This document shows, piece by piece, positions 29,021 through 39,807 of a stretch of DNA of 64,000 nt (within the stretch, counting starts at the first letter, position 1; every line of letters starts with the position of its first letter). Made by a program: the position numbers and the translations under genes. Under the pieces are notes generated by a model that made no database searches, was not told where the DNA came from, and was given only the letters and a program-made list of their open reading frames with translations. The DNA is taken from contig JBBIUB010000003.1 of the NCBI GenBank assembly GCA_037440465.1, positions 1 through 64,000 on the forward strand, written 5' to 3'. Origin of the DNA: Coprothermobacterota bacterium (lineage in GTDB: Bacteria > Coprothermobacterota > HKB111).

Positions 29021-30358
29021 TTAATATATGTTTTTTAAATCTCTAATCTCTTTAACTGTTTTTGTGTCTACACCAGGAAATTCCTCCTTTAAAAAACCAT
29101 TATCTGGAATTATTACCTCCCTGTATCCACGTTTGGATAACTCTCTCATACGTCTTGCTAACTGGGGGACACTTCGCACTTCCCCCTGTAAGCCTACCTC
29201 ACCTAAAAAAACAGCTCTTTCCTTATTTGGTTTATCATTATAACTAGATAGTAATGCGCCAACCACAGCCAGGTCAACGGCTCTATCTTTGGTTATAAGA
29301 CTACCTGTTGTGCTCAAATATATATCAGATTTTCCAATATTCAATCCCCATCTTCTCTCTACTACTGCTAAAAGTTGTAACATCCTTCCCAAATCTAAGC
29401 CTGTCACTACTCTGCGTGGAAAGGGAGAATAAGATGGTGAGATTAAAGCCTGAACTTCCACAATGAGAAGTCTGCTACCTTCCAGGATTGCACTCAACGC
29501 TGTACCAGGTAGAAAGGAGAAAGAACCTCTACTACGGTATATATCTTCTTCTAAAACTTCTTTGAATCCTTTTCCTGTCATTTCAAAAAAAGCAATTTCT
29601 AACGAAGACCCAAAACGATTTTTACTGGTTCTTAACACTCTGATGAAGTCATGCCCATCACCCTCAAGATATAAAACAACATCTACAAGATGTTCCAGGG
29701 TCTTTGGACCTGCTATGATTCCTTCTTTAGTAACATGCCCTATTATAAAAATGGGGATATTTTTCTCCTTGGCTTTTCTTATCAGAAGTTGAGAACATTC
29801 CTTAACCTGAGTAATAGTTCCGGGTCCTCCTGCCAGTTTTCCACTAAGAATAGTCTGTATGGAATCTATTGCCACAACCTGTGGTTTATAATTTTCAATA
29901 TCTTCAAGTACATGTTCCACATAAGGCGAATATTTAAGTAAGACATTTTTTCCTTCTATTCCTAATCTTCTAACCCGCAAAGCCAGCTGTTCCTCCAGCT
30001 CTTCTCCAGAAAAATAGAGAACCTTTCCATTAGATGCTAAATAAGGTAATATCTGCATAAGAAGAGTAGATTTTCCTATACCGGGCTCCCCGCTTAAGAG
30101 TATTGAAGAACCTGCTACCACTCCACCGCCCATAACCTGATCAAAACATTCCATATTTGTGCTAAAACGGGAGTGCTCTTTTATTAATACTTCTGAGGCT
30201 AATCTTGGTGAGTGATTTAAACCAATTTCTCTTATTGACTCTTCATATACAAGTTTTTCAAAGGAGTCCCATTTCCCACAGGAAGGGCACTTACCCAACC
30301 ACCTGGAATCAGTAAATCCACATTCTCTACATAAGTACTCAGCTTTTGACTTCTTCAT
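29021..30358 (-). CDS. radA: DNA repair protein RadA/Sms
   Basis: C4 zinc finger, GEPGIGKST, DSIQT, KNRFG. Confidence 0.96.
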   Translation of the reverse strand: MKKSKAEYLCRECGFTDSRWLGKCPSCGKWDSFEKLVYEESIREIGLNHSPRLASEVLIKEHSRFSTNMECFDQVMGGGVVAGSSILLSGEPGIGKSTLLMQILPYLASNGKVLYFSGEELEEQLALRVRRLGIEGKNVLLKYSPYVEHVLEDIENYKPQVVAIDSIQTILSGKLAGGPGTITQVKECSQLLIRKAKEKNIPIFIIGHVTKEGIIAGPKTLEHLVDVVLYLEGDGHDFIRVLRTSKNRFGSSLEIAFFEMTGKGFKEVLEEDIYRSRGSFSFLPGTALSAILEGSRLLIVEVQALISPSYSPFPRRVVTGLDLGRMLQLLAVVERRWGLNIGKSDIYLSTTGSLITKDRAVDLAVVGALLSSYNDKPNKERAVFLGEVGLQGEVRSVPQLARRMRELSKRGYREVIIPDNGFLKEEFPGVDTKTVKEIRDLKNIY

Positions 30359-32777
30359 ATAGAGGTTTTTTCCTGATGGTTACTTGGTCTCCCCCAACAA
30401 GAATTAATTCTATAGTGTCACCCTTTTCAAAGGAACCCTTCAGTATCTCATCAGATATGGGATCTTCAATAAGTTTCTGTATCTTTCTCCTTAAAAGACG
30501 AGCTCCAAATTCAGGATCGTAACCCCAGATAGATATCTTCTCTTTTAGTTCGTTAGAGATAACCAAGCTATACCCCTGATTAGCAATTTCCTTCTCTATC
30601 TGAGATAACATCATATTCACTATCTTTAGCATTTCTCCGTTAGAAAGAGGTTTAAAGACAACAATATCATCAATTCGATTCAAAAACTCTGGGCGAAAAA
30701 CAATTTTTATTTCTTCATGAAGCTTGCTTTTTAACCTCTCATAAGATTCCTCATATGAATCACTTGCCCTGAACCCCAAAGAAGATGTTCTTTTAATCTT
30801 TGCCATTCCAATGTTTGAGGTCATTATAATAACTGTATTAGAGAATGTCACAGTTCTTCCTTGACCATCAGTTAGTCTACCATCATCAAAAACCTGAAGC
30901 AAAATATTAAATACATCAAAATGAGCTTTTTCGATCTCATCAAGAAGAATTACAGAATAAGGTTTTCTTTTGACAGCTTCTGTAAGCTGCCCTCCTTCTT
31001 CATAACCAACATATCCGGGGGGTGCACCAGTAAGACGAGATACCGTATGTCTCTCCATAAATTCTGACATATCAAGTCTAATCATGTATTTCTCATCTCC
31101 AAAAAGCGCCTCCGTAAGTGTTCTTGCCAACTCTGTTTTACCTACTCCGGTTGGACCAAGGAACATAAATACTCCCTGTGGCCTTCTAATATCTCTCATG
31201 CCAGTTCGGGCTCTTCTTATGGCACTTGCCACAGTTCTAACAGCTTCCTCTTGGCCAACAACACGACGCTTAAGAATCTCTTCAAGATTAAGTAGACGCT
31301 TCTGTTCTTCTTCTCTCAAGCGGGTTAAAGTTACTCCAGTCCAGAGAGAAACAACGTGAGTAACATCTTCAACTGACACTAAGCCTTTCCTGCTTTCTCT
31401 TCCTTCTCTCCACTTTTCTACCAAAGTTTTATAACGATTAAGAAGCTTTTTTTCTAAATCTCTATATTTGGAAGCTTCTTCATATTCCTGAGTTTCTACT
31501 AATTTTTCCCTTTTTGTACGAATAGAATTAATTTCACTTTCAAAGCTTTTAATCTCATCTGGTAAATCCTCACCCTTTAAATAAACCCGGGTGCAAGCTT
31601 CATCAAGAACATCAATTGCCTTATCTGGCAAGTAACGGTCCTGAATATATGTCTTGCTTAATCGTACTGCTGCCTGTATAGCTTCATCAGAAATTTCAAC
31701 TTGATGGAAGGATTCATAACCTGGCGAAAGTCCTGTAAGAATATCAATGGTTTCTTCTCCGGTGGGTTCTTCCACATTAATAATCTGAAATCTGCGTTCC
31801 AGAGCAGGATCTTTTTCAACATATTTTTTGAATTCACCTGGTGTTGTGGCACCAATGCATTTTATCTCACCCTTAACCATAAATGGCTTCAACATATTAG
31901 ATGCATCTATAGCACCCTCCGCAGCTCCAGCACCCACCAGAGTGTGAATTTCATCAATAAAAATTATCACATTACCACTTTGCTTTTGAACCTCATCAAT
32001 TAGGTGTTTAAGTCTTTCTTCAAATTCCCCTCTGTACTTTGTGCCTGCCACCAACCCAGCCAGGTCAATAGAAACAATTCTTTTATCTTTAAGTTTTACA
32101 GGTACAATACCCTTAACAATTCTCTCAGCTAAACCTTCTACTATTGCAGTCTTTCCAACCCCAGGTAAACCAACCAGGAGGGGGTTATTTTTAGTCCTTC
32201 TTAAAAGAACCTGAACTAAACGCTCCATTTCTCGTTCTCTTCCAATTACCGGATCTAGCTTCCCCTGTCGAGCAAGCTCAGTCAAATCACGGCTGAACCT
32301 GTCTAAAACAGGCGTTTTACCCTTCACTTTGACTTCATTATTTTCACCAAGAATAGATACTATTTTGTCTCTAACTACATCAAGGGCTAAACCTTCCTCC
32401 TCAAGTATTGCAGCAAGTTGTCCGCCTTGATCAAGAATACCAAGAAGAAGGTGTTCAGTTCCTATTGCTTCATGAGCGAGATAATCTGCTTCTTTACGGG
32501 CTGCTTCTAATATAAGGTCACTGGCTCGTGAGAATTCCCTTACACCACCAAGGTAAGTAGGTTTCAGATTTGGAGGTGGTAAAATCTTTCTTTGCAACTG
32601 CTCAATATCTACATCCAATTCCTTGAGGGCTACTACTCCTACTGAATTTCTATCCTGTAAAATAGCAAGCATTATATGAACAGGCTCAAGATAAGAATGA
32701 CCCCACTGACGTGCCAAATCTTGAGCTATTTGTAAAACCTTCTTAGCCCGTTCGGTAAACCTTTTACTGTTATACAA
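30339..32777 (-). CDS. clpC: ATP-dependent Clp protease ATPase ClpC
   Basis: Clp N repeats, two AAA+ modules (GVGKT twice), short UVR-type middle domain. Confidence 0.95.
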   Translation of the reverse strand: MYNSKRFTERAKKVLQIAQDLARQWGHSYLEPVHIMLAILQDRNSVGVVALKELDVDIEQLQRKILPPPNLKPTYLGGVREFSRASDLILEAARKEADYLAHEAIGTEHLLLGILDQGGQLAAILEEEGLALDVVRDKIVSILGENNEVKVKGKTPVLDRFSRDLTELARQGKLDPVIGREREMERLVQVLLRRTKNNPLLVGLPGVGKTAIVEGLAERIVKGIVPVKLKDKRIVSIDLAGLVAGTKYRGEFEERLKHLIDEVQKQSGNVIIFIDEIHTLVGAGAAEGAIDASNMLKPFMVKGEIKCIGATTPGEFKKYVEKDPALERRFQIINVEEPTGEETIDILTGLSPGYESFHQVEISDEAIQAAVRLSKTYIQDRYLPDKAIDVLDEACTRVYLKGEDLPDEIKSFESEINSIRTKREKLVETQEYEEASKYRDLEKKLLNRYKTLVEKWREGRESRKGLVSVEDVTHVVSLWTGVTLTRLREEEQKRLLNLEEILKRRVVGQEEAVRTVASAIRRARTGMRDIRRPQGVFMFLGPTGVGKTELARTLTEALFGDEKYMIRLDMSEFMERHTVSRLTGAPPGYVGYEEGGQLTEAVKRKPYSVILLDEIEKAHFDVFNILLQVFDDGRLTDGQGRTVTFSNTVIIMTSNIGMAKIKRTSSLGFRASDSYEESYERLKSKLHEEIKIVFRPEFLNRIDDIVVFKPLSNGEMLKIVNMMLSQIEKEIANQGYSLVISNELKEKISIWGYDPEFGARLLRRKIQKLIEDPISDEILKGSFEKGDTIELILVGGDQVTIRKKPLYEEVKS

Positions 32778-32878
32778 CTCTCCATCTCCGTCGATTCATA
32801 TAAATCATCTAATTAGTAATTTTACCCTTATACATTAAAATACAAGTGTAGAATTTGGTATTAATAGTTTACCCGTTA

Positions 32879-34957
32879 TTAACTCTCTTCTTCCTCTATC
32901 TTCTTCCCATGTTCAGCAATAATCTTCTCTTGAACCAATGCTGGAACTTCTTCATAGTGAGAAAATTCCTGAACATAGCTTCCTCTACCTTGAGTCACAG
33001 ATCTAAGAGCAGCTCCATAATGAAGTATTTCTGACATAGGAGAAAATGATTCTATTCTTTTAAAATTCTTCTCTTCTCCAAATCCAAGTATTCTGGCTCT
33101 ACGCGTGTTCAGATCAGAAATTACATCACCCATAAATTTATCAGGCACAGTGACAATGAGTTTCATAACTGGTTCCAAAATAACCGGTTTAGCACGTTGC
33201 ATACCCCTCTTAAGTGCCATCTGACCTGCAATCTTAAACGATATGTCAGAAGAATCAACTTCATGGTATGAACCATCGTAAAGAACAACTTTTATATCAA
33301 CTATTGGAAACCCAGCAAGAACTCCTTCAAGTAACGCTTCTTTTACTCCTTTCTCAACAGAAGGCACATAATTCTTTGGTACTGAACCCCCAAATAATTC
33401 CTCATCAAAAATGAACCCTCCACCTCGCGCTAAAGGTTCTATTCTAATAAAAACATGTCCGTATTGACCACGACCGCCAGTTTGCTTCTTATGTTTGTAT
33501 TCACTCTCTACTTTTATCTTGACTGTCTCTTGATAGGGTATCTTGGGCTCCTCGAGAATTACTTTTGCACCGAACTTGGACTGTAGTTTTTCAACTACTG
33601 TTTCAACATGTATATCTCCCATCCCGATAATTAGAACCTGATTTGTGTTAGAATCCCGAGAAACTTTAAGAGTTGGGTCACTGATAAGAACCCGCTGAAG
33701 TGCACCACTTAATTTATCTTCATCACCCTTGCTCTTCGGCCTGATAGCAACAGTTACCATGGGAGGAGGATAAGAAATGGGTTCATATAATACTGGACTC
33801 CCTTTATCGCAGAGCGTATCATTAGTGGTTGTATCCTGCAATTTTGCAACTATTACAATATCCCCCGCTATTGCTTCTTCAACAATAAACTGATTCTTTC
33901 CTCTCATTCGGTAAAGCTGGCTTATTTTTTCTTCTTTACCCTTATTACTGTTAAGTACTACTGTATCAGGCGTTAGTCTACCAGTGTGAATTTTTAGGAA
34001 GTTAAGTTGTCCTACATAAGGGTCTGCTATAGTTTTAAAAACAAATGCACTGAAAAGTTTTTCTGGCGAGGATATTAATGTGTTTTTCTCCCCGGTTTTG
34101 GAGTCTATTATAGCCATCTGTTTCTGATTTGATTCAGGAAAATTTTTAATATAGTAAAGAAGCCTCTTAATCCCCGAAAGGTTAAAGGCTGAACCAGCTA
34201 AAACTGGAAAAACTCTTCTTTCCCTTACCCCTTTTTCGAGGGCAGCGTTAAGCTCTGAAATTTCCAGTTCCTCACCTTCTAAGTACTTAGTAAGGAGTTC
34301 ATCATCCAGTTCTGCCAAACGTTCAACCAACATCTCACGCCATCTACCATATTCCTTCTTAACACTTTCAGTAGTTAAAGATGCCTTCTCTTCCTTTCCT
34401 TTAGGGATATCAAAGGTTTCCCATGTCAACAAATCAATCACTCCTGTAAAACTATTACCTTCTCCAATTGGAACTACTAAAGGAACAATGGAAGAACCAA
34501 AGAGGTTTCTGAGCTGTTCAAGATTCTTAAAATAAGTCGAACCTTCTCTTTCCATCTTATTAATAAAGAAAAACAAAGGTAGTTCATAATCCTGAGCATA
34601 ACCCCATATTTTCTCTGTTCCCACTTCAACTCCCGATATGCCAGAGAGCAATAAAAGTAGACCATCTGATACCTTTAATCCAGATTTGATTTCACCAACG
34701 AAATCGTCAAAACCTGGTAGATCCAAGAGATTAACCTTAATACCATTAAGAGAAAAGGGAAGAAGAGAAAGATTAATACTCGTTCTTCTCCTTATCTCTT
34801 CAGGATCATAATCAGAAAGAGTATTGCTTTCTTCAACTTTACCCACACGATCAGTGACTCCTGTCAGATAAAGAATGGCTTCAGAAAGTGATGTTTTACC
34901 AGCACCTGCGTGGGAAGCCAGAGCAACGTTTCTTAATGTGACTTTTTCGTCTTTCAT
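32879..34957 (-). CDS. Elongation factor G paralogue (EF-G2 type)
   Basis: SHAGAGKTS, RRTSI, DLPGFDDF, KQTGGRGQYGHV, GSYHEVDSS. Confidence 0.92.
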   Translation of the reverse strand: MKDEKVTLRNVALASHAGAGKTSLSEAILYLTGVTDRVGKVEESNTLSDYDPEEIRRRTSINLSLLPFSLNGIKVNLLDLPGFDDFVGEIKSGLKVSDGLLLLLSGISGVEVGTEKIWGYAQDYELPLFFFINKMEREGSTYFKNLEQLRNLFGSSIVPLVVPIGEGNSFTGVIDLLTWETFDIPKGKEEKASLTTESVKKEYGRWREMLVERLAELDDELLTKYLEGEELEISELNAALEKGVRERRVFPVLAGSAFNLSGIKRLLYYIKNFPESNQKQMAIIDSKTGEKNTLISSPEKLFSAFVFKTIADPYVGQLNFLKIHTGRLTPDTVVLNSNKGKEEKISQLYRMRGKNQFIVEEAIAGDIVIVAKLQDTTTNDTLCDKGSPVLYEPISYPPPMVTVAIRPKSKGDEDKLSGALQRVLISDPTLKVSRDSNTNQVLIIGMGDIHVETVVEKLQSKFGAKVILEEPKIPYQETVKIKVESEYKHKKQTGGRGQYGHVFIRIEPLARGGGFIFDEELFGGSVPKNYVPSVEKGVKEALLEGVLAGFPIVDIKVVLYDGSYHEVDSSDISFKIAGQMALKRGMQRAKPVILEPVMKLIVTVPDKFMGDVISDLNTRRARILGFGEEKNFKRIESFSPMSEILHYGAALRSVTQGRGSYVQEFSHYEEVPALVQEKIIAEHGKKIEEEES

Positions 34958-35079
34958 ATATAAATCCTCCAGAATAATTTTTATGCAATCTTATATATCT
35001 ATTGTTTTTATTATACCCTAAAACTCTATTCTCACTGCATTAGTAAATAAGTTGGGTAACATCTCTCATGCTATTTATA

Positions 35080-35108
35080 TTGACACTTCTTCATCTCTCC
35101 CTTATAAT
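35080..35108 (+). promoter_or_regulatory. Consensus sigma-A promoter of tRNA operon
   Basis: TTGACA-17 nt-TATAAT. Confidence 0.85.
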
Positions 35109-35147
35109 TATTATTGCTGGCTTAACAGCATTACTAACATATATCAA

Positions 35148-35232
35148 GCCCGGGTGGTGGAATTGGCAGACACGTACGTTTGAGGGGCGTATGGGGAGAC
35201 CCTTGTGAGTTCAAGTCTCACCCCGGGCACCA
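35148..35232 (+). tRNA. tRNA-Leu(GAG)
   Basis: GCCCGGG acceptor stem, anticodon loop TTGAGGG, long variable arm, GTTCAAGT T loop, encoded CCA. Confidence 0.95.
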
Positions 35233-35238
35233 TAAAAA

Positions 35239-35313
35239 GGGCGGATAGTTCAGCGGGAGAACGCTTGCCTTACACGCAAGAAGTCACAGGTTCGAATCCT
35301 GTTCCGCCCACCA
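35239..35313 (+). tRNA. tRNA-Val(TAC)
   Basis: GGGCGGA/TCCGCCC acceptor, CTTGC-CTTACAC-GCAAG anticodon arm, encoded CCA. Confidence 0.96.
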
Positions 35314-35333
35314 TATATAATATATTTGTAAGC

Positions 35334-35410
35334 GGGGGCGTAGTGCAGCGGCTTAACACGCCGGCCTGTCAAGCCGGAGATCGCGGGTTCGAAACCCGTC
35401 GTCCCCGCCA
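35334..35410 (+). tRNA. tRNA-Asp(GTC)
   Basis: GGGGGCG/CGTCCCC acceptor, CCGGC-CTGTCAA-GCCGG anticodon arm, encoded CCA. Confidence 0.96.
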
Positions 35411-35475
35411 TAATGTATCAATAAATATCTAATATTTGCCATAGTGGTTTCTTTCCTATGTTAACATCAAACTGC

Positions 35476-35504
35476 TTGACATCTAAGTATCTTAAGAATA
35501 AAAT
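35476..35504 (+). promoter_or_regulatory. Sigma-A-type promoter of proS
   Basis: TTGACA-17 nt-TAAAAT. Confidence 0.8.
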
Positions 35505-35553
35505 AACTTAAATATTTTTTTAAGTTTTCACACTTCCGGAGGTTTAACTGATA

Positions 35554-37311
35554 ATGAGAACAAGTAAACTTTTCGCTCCAACTCTGCGGGAAGACCCAGC
35601 AGAAGCAGAAGTTGACTCCCATAAACTATTGCTAAGAGCTGGATTTATCAAACAGGTAGCTGCAGGAGTATTTGTTTTCCTTCCTCTTGGTCTAAGGTCT
35701 ATTAAAAAAATAGAAAATATAATCAGAGAAGAACATGACAAAATCGGTGCTCAGGAAGTATTTCTTTCAGTTCTTCAACCAAGAGAACTCTGGGAAGAGA
35801 CTGGTCGCTGGGACCTTTATGGTGATATTCTTTTTCGTCTAAAAGATCGACGGGGTAGAGACCTAGCTCTGGGTCCTACTCATGAAGAACCAATTACGGA
35901 TATAATAAGAAACTTGGTCAATAGTTACAAAGAATTACCCATTGCTTTATATCAAATCCAGACAAAATTTCGTGATGAACTTCGTCCACGATTTGGACTC
36001 ATCAGGGGAAGAGAATTTTTAATGAAAGACATGTATAGCTTCCACGAAACACCAGAAAACCTGGAATCTTTTTATAGTCATGTAAGTAGAGCTTATGAGA
36101 GAATCTTTTCCCGCCTTGGGTTAACTTACCATCTTGTAGAAGCTGATCCCGGAACCATAGGTGGCTCAGCCAATCATGAATTCCTGGTACCAGGTCTTTC
36201 TGGAGAATCCCAATTTTTCATATGTGATAACTGTGGATACAAGGCAACTTCTGAAAAAGTTACTGGTGGTGTTGCAATAATGCCACCAAAAAATGAAATC
36301 TCACCAATCAAGGAAGTTTATACTCCGGGAACTGATAGTATTGAAAAACTCTCTGAATATCTAAAAGTAGAACCCAGCGAGATAATTAAGACGATGGTAT
36401 ACATAATTGATGGGAAGTCAACAATCGTTTTATTGAGGGGTGATTATGAGGTTAATGAGACCAAGGTTATAAATAAACTTGCTGCCATTGACATAAGGGT
36501 GGCTACGGGAGAGGAAGTTCTGACTCTATTCTCCTCTCCAGTTGGTTTTCTTGGTCCGGTAAATCTCCTAACCAATTTACCAATACTTGTTGATGAAAGT
36601 ATTTTTACTGTAACATCAGGAGTTGTTGGAGCTAACAAAGAAGATTACCATTTATCTGGTTTTAACCCTCAAAGGGATTTACCCACTGGAATCATCAGGG
36701 GTGATTACAGAAACACCAGAAATGGAGACCTCTGCCCTCATTGTTACCAGTCTTTAAAGGAACTGCAGGGCATGGAAGTTGGTCATGTCTTTAACCTTGG
36801 TTCTAAATACTCACATTCAATGAAGGCTACTTTCACCGATAAAGATGGCAAAGGACAGAAATATTTAATGGGTTGTTACGGCGTGGGCATCAGCAGAACC
36901 TTACAATCCATTGCTGAAGAACATCACGATGAATTTGGGTTGAAGTGGCCCATTGCATCAGCCCCCTATGAAGTAATTATAATACCTATTGACTATCGCG
37001 ATACCGAACAGAAAAAAGTGGCCGAAGAGCTTTATTTTAATTTACAAGAAGAAGGGTTGGAAGTCGTTCTTGATGACCGAGAAGTAACTGCCGGGGTTAA
37101 GTTTAACGATGCTGACTTAATTGGCTACCCAATTAGAGTGACTATAAGTTCCAGAACCCTCAAACAGTATTCTTTGGAAGTAATGTTGAGAAAAGATCGA
37201 TCTACTACACTGATTCCGACTAATACAGCTAAATTCTACATTAAAGAGGTTAAAGCCAAATTATTTAATGAATTAATTGAAAGAACTCCTCCCCTTCTAA
37301 CCTCCAGCTAA
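35554..37311 (+). CDS. proS: Proline--tRNA ligase (bacterial type with INS editing domain)
   Basis: LGPTHEE, FRDELRPRFGL, EVGHVFNLG, MGCYGVGISR. Confidence 0.97.
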   Translation: MRTSKLFAPTLREDPAEAEVDSHKLLLRAGFIKQVAAGVFVFLPLGLRSIKKIENIIREEHDKIGAQEVFLSVLQPRELWEETGRWDLYGDILFRLKDRRGRDLALGPTHEEPITDIIRNLVNSYKELPIALYQIQTKFRDELRPRFGLIRGREFLMKDMYSFHETPENLESFYSHVSRAYERIFSRLGLTYHLVEADPGTIGGSANHEFLVPGLSGESQFFICDNCGYKATSEKVTGGVAIMPPKNEISPIKEVYTPGTDSIEKLSEYLKVEPSEIIKTMVYIIDGKSTIVLLRGDYEVNETKVINKLAAIDIRVATGEEVLTLFSSPVGFLGPVNLLTNLPILVDESIFTVTSGVVGANKEDYHLSGFNPQRDLPTGIIRGDYRNTRNGDLCPHCYQSLKELQGMEVGHVFNLGSKYSHSMKATFTDKDGKGQKYLMGCYGVGISRTLQSIAEEHHDEFGLKWPIASAPYEVIIIPIDYRDTEQKKVAEELYFNLQEEGLEVVLDDREVTAGVKFNDADLIGYPIRVTISSRTLKQYSLEVMLRKDRSTTLIPTNTAKFYIKEVKAKLFNELIERTPPLLTSS

Positions 37312-37530
37312 GGGCGAGAGAATAAATACTTCCTCTCCCCCTTGAAGGAGAACATCCTTCCCTACAGCTTTTCCATTTACAAGAAAAGCCATAGCTTGAT
37401 TGGAGGAAAAACCCAGGGTTTCGAGAACCTGGGAAATAGTTAGCGGTGTATCTATAGAAACAGTTAACTCATCTTGATTTTTAAAGTAAAGCTCTTTAAG
37501 ATGACCCAGAACCTTGAATGTTACTTTCAC
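37297..37530 (-). CDS. MoaD/ThiS-family sulfur carrier
   Basis: 77 aa ending LAGG, LVNG motif; follows AOR. Confidence 0.88.
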   Translation of the reverse strand: MKVTFKVLGHLKELYFKNQDELTVSIDTPLTISQVLETLGFSSNQAMAFLVNGKAVGKDVLLQGGEEVFILSPLAGG

Positions 37531-39383
37531 TATTTGTAAAAACCTCTCTTTTTCAAATCCTCTACCACAAAATCCAGTCTTAGCTCTTTAAGCTTCTCTT
37601 CTTTAGGCAGACCATTGTCGTCCCACCCCCGAAGAGCATAATACTCATCTAAAAGCTTATGAATAAGCTCTTCTGAGATATATTTACCTTCTGCAGGACC
37701 TGTGGGGACAGGTTCTTTATACCATCTTTTAGGTGGAAGGTCAGAACTTCTGCCAAAACCAGGAACCTCCCTGAACCAATATGCACGGGTCAAATTCCAG
37801 ATTTTCTCTGAGATTCTTAAAAGGTCTTCCCAAGAGTAAGGAAAACCGGTAATAGCCTGAAATATAGGCTCGTAATGATTTAGAGAAAGGCCAATTTCCA
37901 CCCACTGAAGACGACAGGAACCAAGAGCATCAAAAAGAGGTCTTATATGTTGGAGTTCTATTACCCTCTTAGCTTTACCCTCTATTTTATCTCTACCTAC
38001 TTGAACATCATAAGTAAAAGCCCAAGCTCTATTGTGGTGTGCCCCAACATCAGCGGTCATATAAGCCAACATCATGGCTGGAGCATATCTGGACTCATAT
38101 CCACTTATCTCCATACCTTTAATCTCCATAGCATAATCCTGACTTCCCATGCCAAGTACCTTTGCTGTTTCTCTAACACCTTTCGCCAGAATATCTCCTA
38201 AACCTTCTCTCGTGGCTATCCTGTTAGCCAGTGAAGCCAGTCCCTTTACATCACCCCATGCTACCTTTCCGCCCATATCTGTTTCACTAAGGACCCCTTT
38301 TTCCTGAGCTTCTAAAGCAAAAGCCAGAACATTTCCTCCCGAGATTGTATCAAGACCGAGGTCATCCAGAACATAATTAAGGTAAGCCACCTCATCAATA
38401 TCTTTCAAAAGAAGATTCCCACCAAGTAAGGCTATAGTTTCATATTCAGGACCTTCAACATAAATATCTTCAGTATCCATTTTCACTCTGGAATATTTAC
38501 CGCATGGTGTGGGGCACCCAAAGCAACCCTTGTCAGTCACCACTATCTTTTCTCTCATCACCTCACCGACAAGATTTTCATACCCTTCCATATAGGATGC
38601 CCAGAAATTTTTGGTGGGAAAAGCACTGTTTTCGTTAACCCAGCGAACCACTCCGGGTGTGCCATAATCAGTCCAGTAAGCATAACCAGGCTTATTTCTA
38701 ACATCTTCATACATCTTCTTGCCTAATTCTAATACTCTCACAGGGTCCTTTAAGGGGAAACCTTTTGTACCTCTAATTCCCACAGCTTTAATCTTTTTAT
38801 ACCCCATCATAGTTCCCATACCAGCCCTACCAGCCTGACGACCAAAGTCATGATTAATGCAAGCAAAATTCACTAGATTTTCCCCTGCAGGTCCTATAAC
38901 CATAAACTCAAATTCTTCACCAAATTCATGCTTTAAGAGCCTTTCTGTCTCAAAAGCACCCTTTCCCCAAAGGTGAGAAGCATCTCTAAAAGTAATGTTA
39001 TTATCATCAATGAGAATTATAATGGGTTCCTCACTCACTTCTTTTATCACAATCAAATCATAACCAGCAAATTTCATTTCTGATGCAATATGCCCACCCA
39101 TATTGGAGTCCCCATACCCTCCCGTTAGGGGCGATTTTGCACCTATTTCCACCTTTCCAGCCCCTGCAACCAAGGTTCCTGAAAGAGGTCCAGAAGCAAT
39201 GTAAAGGTGATTATCATCACTTAGTGGTTTTACTCCTGATGGAGTATGAGTATATTCCATGAAGGCCGTAAAACCTCTGCCCCCCAGAAAGTTCTCAGCC
39301 ATATAATTATCCGTTAATGTTATTGAACTACATCTCTTTCCTAAATCTATCCACAGAGTTTTTCCTCCATATCCATAAAGCAT
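37530..39383 (-). CDS. Aldehyde:ferredoxin oxidoreductase family (tungstopterin) enzyme
   Basis: KSPLTG, GPAGE, GRAG, CFGCPTPC, EYET, DDLGLDTIS, DALGSC, YYALRGW. Confidence 0.94.
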   Translation of the reverse strand: MLYGYGGKTLWIDLGKRCSSITLTDNYMAENFLGGRGFTAFMEYTHTPSGVKPLSDDNHLYIASGPLSGTLVAGAGKVEIGAKSPLTGGYGDSNMGGHIASEMKFAGYDLIVIKEVSEEPIIILIDDNNITFRDASHLWGKGAFETERLLKHEFGEEFEFMVIGPAGENLVNFACINHDFGRQAGRAGMGTMMGYKKIKAVGIRGTKGFPLKDPVRVLELGKKMYEDVRNKPGYAYWTDYGTPGVVRWVNENSAFPTKNFWASYMEGYENLVGEVMREKIVVTDKGCFGCPTPCGKYSRVKMDTEDIYVEGPEYETIALLGGNLLLKDIDEVAYLNYVLDDLGLDTISGGNVLAFALEAQEKGVLSETDMGGKVAWGDVKGLASLANRIATREGLGDILAKGVRETAKVLGMGSQDYAMEIKGMEISGYESRYAPAMMLAYMTADVGAHHNRAWAFTYDVQVGRDKIEGKAKRVIELQHIRPLFDALGSCRLQWVEIGLSLNHYEPIFQAITGFPYSWEDLLRISEKIWNLTRAYWFREVPGFGRSSDLPPKRWYKEPVPTGPAEGKYISEELIHKLLDEYYALRGWDDNGLPKEEKLKELRLDFVVEDLKKRGFYK

Positions 39384-39386
39384 TGA

Positions 39387-39785
39387 TTATCCCTCCTTTT
39401 CAAAGTTTATAGCCCCATGTGGGCAGACCACACTACAATCACCACACCAGTCGCATTTAAGTGGTAATCTGGAATCTACATCCATAAAGAGAACTTTCTT
39501 AGGACATACCTCAAAGCATAAACCACATTCAGTACAAAGTTCTTTATTAAGCTTCACAATGCCTTTATCAAAAAATAAGGCTGATGTTGGACATATATTT
39601 GAACAATCACCGCACTGATCACAAAAGTTAACATGATAAACGCCTGGAATAGGAAATTCACCATTTATCCTTATGGCTCCTTTAGTAGGATTATTTTCCA
39701 TAAGCTTTGCAAGAGAACATACAAGTTCACAAGCTTTACAACCCGAACATCGTTTATCTTCAACTAACATTTTAGCCACTTTCAT
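39387..39785 (-). CDS. Multi-[4Fe-4S] ferredoxin subunit of AOR
   Basis: Four CxxCxxC/CP clusters. Confidence 0.9.
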   Translation of the reverse strand: MKVAKMLVEDKRCSGCKACELVCSLAKLMENNPTKGAIRINGEFPIPGVYHVNFCDQCGDCSNICPTSALFFDKGIVKLNKELCTECGLCFEVCPKKVLFMDVDSRLPLKCDWCGDCSVVCPHGAINFEKEG

Positions 39786-39807
39786 TAACCTCCTTCAAAA
39801 ATTATGT

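Noticed and set aside
35205..35432. 75-aa ORF on + strand
   Set aside because: It overlies three clear tRNA genes.
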